Assembly: GCF_000020025.1 (NCBI RefSeq)
Contig: NC_010628.1
Coordinates: forward strand, 2,760,001 to 2,792,000
Direction: 5' to 3'
Source of the DNA: Nostoc punctiforme PCC 73102
GTDB lineage: Bacteria; Cyanobacteriota; Cyanobacteriia; Cyanobacteriales; Nostocaceae
Length of the DNA: 32,000 nucleotides
The notes below the pieces were generated by a model. It did not search any database, was not told where the DNA came from, and worked only from the letters and a program-made list of their open reading frames with translations. Numbering within the stretch: position 1 is the stretch's first letter; each line of letters starts with the position of its first letter. The position numbers and the translations under genes were made by a program. Positions 26,864 through 32,000 of this stretch are shown here, one piece after another.

Positions 26864-29263
26864 ATGGACGCTGAAGCAGCATTAGCATGGTTAGATGCCA
26901 TAATTCCCCCTCAGACTGGGGAACGGTTGAGCGATTTGCAAAAAGTGATTCTTGTGCAAGTTTGGTTGGGTAGAAAATATTTGGATATCGCTCATTCTTA
27001 CGGTTGTACGGAAGGACACGCCAAGGATGCTGGTTCTCAGTTATGGAAGCTGCTTTCTAAAGTCTTGCGAGAAAAGATAACCAAAAGTAATTGTCGCGCT
27101 ACTTTGGAGCGAGTGTTGAGAAAAACTACTGCAATATCATCAAGTCTGATTGATTACTCGCGATCGCCACACCCCACCCCAAAATTAGAGGATACCAATT
27201 TTATTGGACGAACAGAAGCGATCGCTCACCTCAATACTTTGGTAAATCAGGGATCGAAAGTCATTGTCATCCAAGGTGAGGGAGGTTTAGGCAAAACCAC
27301 TCTAGCGCAGCAATATCTGCAAACTCAGGGATTTGACTTGGTTTTAGAACTACTGATGGCGAAGGAAACGCAGAATATCACCCCCCCCGAACGCGTAGTA
27401 GAGGAATGGCTGAAACAAGACTTTGATCGAGAACCTGGGGTAGAATTTGGGGTTACATTGGGACGACTCAAGCGCGAACTCCACAATCGGCGGATTGGGG
27501 TGTTAATTGACAATCTAGAACCTGCATTGGATCGACAAGGTGGGTTGATTGCCTCTCACCGCAACTATGTAGAACTATTGCGGGTGTTGGCTGATGCAAG
27601 GGTGCAATCTGTTACCTTGATTACCAGTCGCGATCGCCTTTGTGAACCTGGGTTGAATGTGAATCACTATCGGCTTCCTGGCTTGGATCGAAGCTCATGG
27701 CAACAGTTTTTTAGCAACCGTGGATTAGCCATCGACTCGCCAACCTTGCAAATCATGCATCGCACTTATGGCGGTAATGCGAAAGCAATGGGAATTCTCT
27801 GCGGTTCGATTCAGGAAGATTTCGGCGGTGATATGGTTCTTTATTGGCAAGAAAATCATGCCGATCCGTTAGCAGCAACGGACTTAAAAAATTTAGCGGT
27901 TAGTCAAATTAATCGTCTGCAAGCCCTCGACCCTCAAGCTTATCGCCTGCTTTGCCGTTTGGGATGTTATCGTTACCAAGATATACCCACCATCCCATCA
28001 CAGGGGTTATTTTGTTTACTTTGGGATGTGCCACCCGATCAACATCGCCAAATTATCGCCTCCTTGAGAAATCGGTCTTTGGTGGAGTGCGATAAAGGCG
28101 AATACTGGCTGCATCCGGTGATTCGAAAAGAAGCGATCGCACGTTTACGCCGCAGCGATGAATGGGAAATTGCCAATCACAAAGCCGCAGAATTTTGGAC
28201 AGCTAGTATTAAACAAATTGAAACCTTTAAGGATGCTTTGCAAGCTCTGGAAGCATATTATCATTATATAGAAATTCATGAGTTTGAGTTAGCAGGTAAG
28301 GTAATTTTAAAAAGCCGAAATAATCAATGGCAGCAATTTTTGCCTCTTGGTAGTACCTTGTATCGGATGGGCTTAATTCAACCGATACTTGCAGCAATTG
28401 ATCGAGTTGTTAACAATCTAGAAAATAACCAAAATCTCAGCGAACTCTATAATATACTGGGCGATCTATATTGGATAACAGGTAAAATTAGTCAAGCGAT
28501 CGCCTGTCAAGAAAAGGCTATTACTCTGGCAACCCAAGCACTCAAATCACTTGTACATCAGCCAGAAAATAAACATCCAGTTTACTATCTGAGGATGCTA
28601 GAGGTAGATTCTTTATTAAGTATTGGTCTTTACAAAATAGATTTGTGGGAACTAGAGGCAGCCACGAATTTATTTCAACAAGTAATTTATCTAGCCCAAA
28701 ATACTGAGCATCATCGCTGGGCAGAGAAAGCATCAGTTTGTTTAGCTTTGGTCTATTCTTATTTAGGTTTGCGTGATGCCTCCTTTGCATTAGCAGATGT
28801 AGCTTATCAGAATATTACGAACGAAAAACTGGTAGAACAGACTGGGCGATTTGTCTATTTCATGCAAATTTTGGGTCAAACCTACGTCAATTTAGGAGAG
28901 TTTTATCAAGCAAATCAAATATTACATCAAGCTTTAACCTTTGCTGAAGAAAGCCACTATATGCAGGTGAAAGCAAAAACACTCAATGGTTTAGCAGAAA
29001 TCAATCGAGAACAAGCAGATTTTGAGTTAGCCCTGACTCATCATAGAGAAGCAATCGAACTGTTGGATAAAATAGGTGCTAAGTGCGATCTAGCTGAAGC
29101 TTATTATCAATTAGGTTTAACTTATCAAAAGATGGCAAAGCCTGATGAAAGTAAATTTAATTTTAATCAAGGAATTCAGCTATTTACTGAAATAAAAGCT
29201 CCGAAGCAAGTTGAAAAAATTTCAACTTCACAATCCAATACTGCTCGCTTTGTACATTTTTAA
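26864..29263 (+). CDS. STAND NTPase: N-terminal HTH-like module, NB-ARC ATPase, C-terminal TPR array
   Basis: 799 aa. The N-terminus ..LSDLQKVILVQVWLGRKYLDIAHSYGCTEGHAKDAGSQLWKLLSKVL is a widespread cyanobacterial HTH-like module. Also present: Walker A GEGGLGKTTLAQ, Walker B RIGVLIDNLE, LITSRDR, YGGNAKAM (GxP-like), winged-helix ..LRNRSLVE...YWLHPVIR, then TPR-like repeats to the end. Confidence 0.85.
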   Translation: MDAEAALAWLDAIIPPQTGERLSDLQKVILVQVWLGRKYLDIAHSYGCTEGHAKDAGSQLWKLLSKVLREKITKSNCRATLERVLRKTTAISSSLIDYSRSPHPTPKLEDTNFIGRTEAIAHLNTLVNQGSKVIVIQGEGGLGKTTLAQQYLQTQGFDLVLELLMAKETQNITPPERVVEEWLKQDFDREPGVEFGVTLGRLKRELHNRRIGVLIDNLEPALDRQGGLIASHRNYVELLRVLADARVQSVTLITSRDRLCEPGLNVNHYRLPGLDRSSWQQFFSNRGLAIDSPTLQIMHRTYGGNAKAMGILCGSIQEDFGGDMVLYWQENHADPLAATDLKNLAVSQINRLQALDPQAYRLLCRLGCYRYQDIPTIPSQGLFCLLWDVPPDQHRQIIASLRNRSLVECDKGEYWLHPVIRKEAIARLRRSDEWEIANHKAAEFWTASIKQIETFKDALQALEAYYHYIEIHEFELAGKVILKSRNNQWQQFLPLGSTLYRMGLIQPILAAIDRVVNNLENNQNLSELYNILGDLYWITGKISQAIACQEKAITLATQALKSLVHQPENKHPVYYLRMLEVDSLLSIGLYKIDLWELEAATNLFQQVIYLAQNTEHHRWAEKASVCLALVYSYLGLRDASFALADVAYQNITNEKLVEQTGRFVYFMQILGQTYVNLGEFYQANQILHQALTFAEESHYMQVKAKTLNGLAEINREQADFELALTHHREAIELLDKIGAKCDLAEAYYQLGLTYQKMAKPDESKFNFNQGIQLFTEIKAPKQVEKISTSQSNTARFVHF

Positions 29264-29393
29264 TATCAAGTCCGGTCAATCACTTATGATTATGAAAAGG
29301 CAATAGGCAATATGAAAAAAGGCTTTTTGAGTTGTAGAGAGTTTTTTCACGCAATCAAATATGAGCTATGGCGGAATTTTTCACCAATCGTTG

Positions 29394-31379
29394 CTATACG
29401 CCGACTATAGTCAAAATAGTCTGCATTAGTACGTCTAGCTCAATTGGTTTAGAAATATGCTGTTGAAATCCGGCTGCTAGTGCCAGTTGTTGATCGATCT
29501 CTCCTGCATAAGCGGTAAGAGCGATCGCTGGAATTTCTCCGCCCCGATCAGACGGCTGCTTTCTAATTTGACGAATTAGTGTGTAGCCATCCATATCGGG
29601 CATACCAATATCACTGATTAGCAAATCAAATTTTGCTTGCCCCAAAGTGCTTAGAGCTTCATGTGCTGATTCAGCTTCAGTCACTTGCGCCCCATACTGT
29701 TCTAGCAGGAAGGCGATGAATTCCCGTGAATCTCTGTCATCATCTACAAGCAGGGCTTGCAATCCATTCAGATTGAAGTCTGAGCAATTATGGAACGCAG
29801 TATCAGCTTGATTTAGTTTTGCCGCAGCGATCGGTGGAAACTTGACTGTAAACGTTGCTCCTTGACCTTCTCCAGGGCTTGCTGCCTGAATGCTTCCTCC
29901 ATGCAATTCAACCAAATGACGCACGATCGCTAACCCTAATCCCAATCCTCCGAATCTTCGGGTCGTTGTCCCATCGGCTTGACGGAAGTAGTCAAAGACG
30001 TAGGGCAGAAAGTCAGCAGAGATCCCCATACCAGTGTCGCTGACAGAGATTTGAGTGTATTCCGAAGGATGAGTATCTAGTTCATTCTCGATCCTTTCTA
30101 ACCGCACCTCTACTTGGCCACCCTGTGGGGTAAATTTAATCGCGTTGGAAAGTAGATTCCAAACAACCTGTTGCAGGCGACCAGAATCACCCAACACTTG
30201 CCCAGCGTTCGGTTCAAATATTGTTTGAATTTGAATGGATTTAGCTTCAGCAGCGAGGCGCACGGTTTCCAGAGCAGCTTTGATGGTAAAAGTTAGACCG
30301 ACTGGAACTGTATTCAAACTCAACTTGCCTTGGAGAATACGCGACACATCGAGCAAATCTTCGATCAGTTGCGCTTGCAGTTTAGCGTTACGCTCGATCG
30401 TTTCGAGTGCATACTGAGTTTTGGCTGCGTCCTGCCGACTCGTTTGCAAAATTTTTGCCCATCCCAAAATAGGATTCAGGGGCGATCGCAATTCATGAGA
30501 TAGCACTGCCAGAAACTCATCTTTAATCCGATTGGCTTGTTGCGCTTGTTCAGTTTGTTGCTGCAAAGAAATCATCAGCTGATTGAGGCGATCGTTCTGC
30601 TCTTGCAGCAAGGCTGATGCTCGCTTCCGTTCGGTGATATCGGACAGGATGAAAACGGCACCTGTGAGAGTTCCATGCTCATCAAGTACTGGATCGATAG
30701 TTTTGGCAAACCACCGTTCTGTGGACTGAAATTCTAGAACTTGCCGTTGGTGAGTTTCTTTAGCACGGCGAAAGCAGGTGCCATCACCAATTCCCAATTC
30801 TGCGGCCATCAAATTATGGTGAGCACAACCTAAAATTTCGTGGGAGGGTTTGCAAAAAATCTGCGTTATCGCTAGATTACAGCGCAGAATTATACCTTTT
30901 GTGTCTACGAGACACACACCGTCCTTGATAGAGTCAAAGGTACTTTGCCACTCTCGTGCTGAGGATAAAGCCGCTTCCTCCGCTCGTCGAATTCGCAGCA
31001 GCGATCGCACCGTCGCCAGCAGTTCAATGGGTTCAACAGGTTGTACCAAATAAGCATCGGCACCACTGTCTAAGCCTTCTGCTTTATCCTGGCTTTGGAC
31101 AAAACTTGCAGAAAGGTGTAGCACCGGAATAAAAGCAGTTTCGGGATTTGCCTTAATTTGACGACAGACTTCAAAGCCGCTGATATCTGGTAATTTGACA
31201 TCCAAAATCACCAGAGTAGGCTGATGTTCAGTAGCAGCTTTTAATCCTGCTACTCCGGTTGCCGCTTCCACAACGGTAAAGCCTGCATTTTGCAAAATCC
31301 GGGCCACAATGTAACGATTGGCTTCGTTATCGTCAACATGCAGGATGATAACCTGTGGCTCAAACATGACTTTGCCCAC
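29394..31379 (-). CDS. Hybrid sensor histidine kinase (REC-PAS-HisKA-HATPase_c-REC)
   Basis: The N-terminal REC has VLDVKLPDISG. A PAS region follows. H-box is SHELRSPLN. The N/G boxes are present (NLLSNAIKFT, DTGMGI, GGLGLGLAIV). The C-terminal REC has LISDIGMPDMDG. The likelier start is the ATG at 31367. Confidence 0.9.
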   Translation of the reverse strand: MGKVMFEPQVIILHVDDNEANRYIVARILQNAGFTVVEAATGVAGLKAATEHQPTLVILDVKLPDISGFEVCRQIKANPETAFIPVLHLSASFVQSQDKAEGLDSGADAYLVQPVEPIELLATVRSLLRIRRAEEAALSSAREWQSTFDSIKDGVCLVDTKGIILRCNLAITQIFCKPSHEILGCAHHNLMAAELGIGDGTCFRRAKETHQRQVLEFQSTERWFAKTIDPVLDEHGTLTGAVFILSDITERKRASALLQEQNDRLNQLMISLQQQTEQAQQANRIKDEFLAVLSHELRSPLNPILGWAKILQTSRQDAAKTQYALETIERNAKLQAQLIEDLLDVSRILQGKLSLNTVPVGLTFTIKAALETVRLAAEAKSIQIQTIFEPNAGQVLGDSGRLQQVVWNLLSNAIKFTPQGGQVEVRLERIENELDTHPSEYTQISVSDTGMGISADFLPYVFDYFRQADGTTTRRFGGLGLGLAIVRHLVELHGGSIQAASPGEGQGATFTVKFPPIAAAKLNQADTAFHNCSDFNLNGLQALLVDDDRDSREFIAFLLEQYGAQVTEAESAHEALSTLGQAKFDLLISDIGMPDMDGYTLIRQIRKQPSDRGGEIPAIALTAYAGEIDQQLALAAGFQQHISKPIELDVLMQTILTIVGV

Positions 31380-32000
31380 AATCTAGAACAAGTCCGGCTT
31401 TGATCAGCGCATCTTGAAGCTGGGCGTAGACGCGTTCGCCCTTGGCGTTGCCGCAGGCTAGCGGCTTGTCGTCAGACATCGCTGCTGTTTGAGAGCCTGT
31501 TTCTTTGGAAAGAATGGCGATGCTTTTTTTTGCTAATTGGCTCTGAGTTTCTGCATCAAGTTGTGCCGATGAGTAGATGATCACAGGAATCGACTGAGTG
31601 ACAGGATTGCTTTTAAGCTGCTTAAGCACATCAAACCCACTCAACTCTGGCATCTCCAAGTCAAGAACGATCGCGGTCGGTTGCTCGCGTTGTGCTAAAT
31701 TTAATCCTTCCCATCCGTTCATGGCTTCTAAAATACTCAATTGTGTATTTATTAACAACTGCTTCACCAAATACCGATAGGCAGGGTCATCGTCAATTAA
31801 CAAGATTTTTTGAGGCTTGTTCTGATTAATTAGCGTATTAAGTTTGTTCAATAACTGCAATCTGTCTACCGGCTTAATTAAAAAACCATTGGCTCCTAGT
31901 GCTAGTGCTTGCTTCTCGTTATCAATGATGGTAATAACTACTATAGGTATATTGCGGGTCGTTTCATCTCCTTTGATTTCTCGCAAGAACGTCCAGCCGT
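31360..32000 (-). CDS. Multi-REC response regulator (partial; continues past the window end)
   Basis: The frame is open to position 32000 (..GWTFLREIKGDETTRNIPIVV is the end of one REC). A complete second REC follows (ILLIDDDPAYRY..VLDLEMPELSG..K). A 45-aa non-REC tail ends the protein. Confidence 0.8.
   Translation of the reverse strand, partial: GWTFLREIKGDETTRNIPIVVITIIDNEKQALALGANGFLIKPVDRLQLLNKLNTLINQNKPQKILLIDDDPAYRYLVKQLLINTQLSILEAMNGWEGLNLAQREQPTAIVLDLEMPELSGFDVLKQLKSNPVTQSIPVIIYSSAQLDAETQSQLAKKSIAILSKETGSQTAAMSDDKPLACGNAKGERVYAQLQDALIKAGLVLDCGQSHV

Overview
The window is a chromosomal accessory region of a filamentous, Nostocales-type cyanobacterium. Evidence for the taxon: an nblA gene, at least 30 perfect HIP1 octamers (GCGATCGC, about 1 per kb, counted by eye), an AT-rich background, and GC-rich dispersed intergenic repeats typical of Nostoc.

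Genes that look intact:
- nblA
- a DUF389 membrane protein
- a PEP-CTERM protein
- a GXWXG/DUF4334 protein
- an FAD monooxygenase transcribed divergently from a three-subunit PaoABC-like molybdenum hydroxylase (2Fe-2S / FAD / Moco subunits)
- a HAD hydrolase
- a DUF1932 oxidoreductase
- an amidase
- a Tat-exported PhoX-family (DUF839) protein
- a standalone STAND NTPase (HTH, NB-ARC, TPR)
- a phosphorelay of a multi-REC protein plus a REC-PAS-HK-REC hybrid kinase

The dominant theme is gene decay and mobile-element debris:
- One IS4/IS701-like element has perfect 23-bp terminal inverted repeats and a twice-frameshifted transposase. It truncates a DUF3611 gene.
- There are remnants of IS630, ISAs1, TnpB and a second DDE transposase.
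- GNAT, TauD and SLH genes are truncated. DUF1003 and Uma2 genes are frameshifted.
- A GC-rich YtfQRT-YjfF-like sugar ABC transporter island has been inactivated by a clean internal deletion that fuses the ATPase to a permease.

I found no CRISPR array, tRNA or rRNA, and no recognisable multi-gene defence system. The most system-like candidates are the solo STAND NTPase and the Mo-hydroxylase/monooxygenase module. All family assignments rest on motif recognition by eye; no searches were run.
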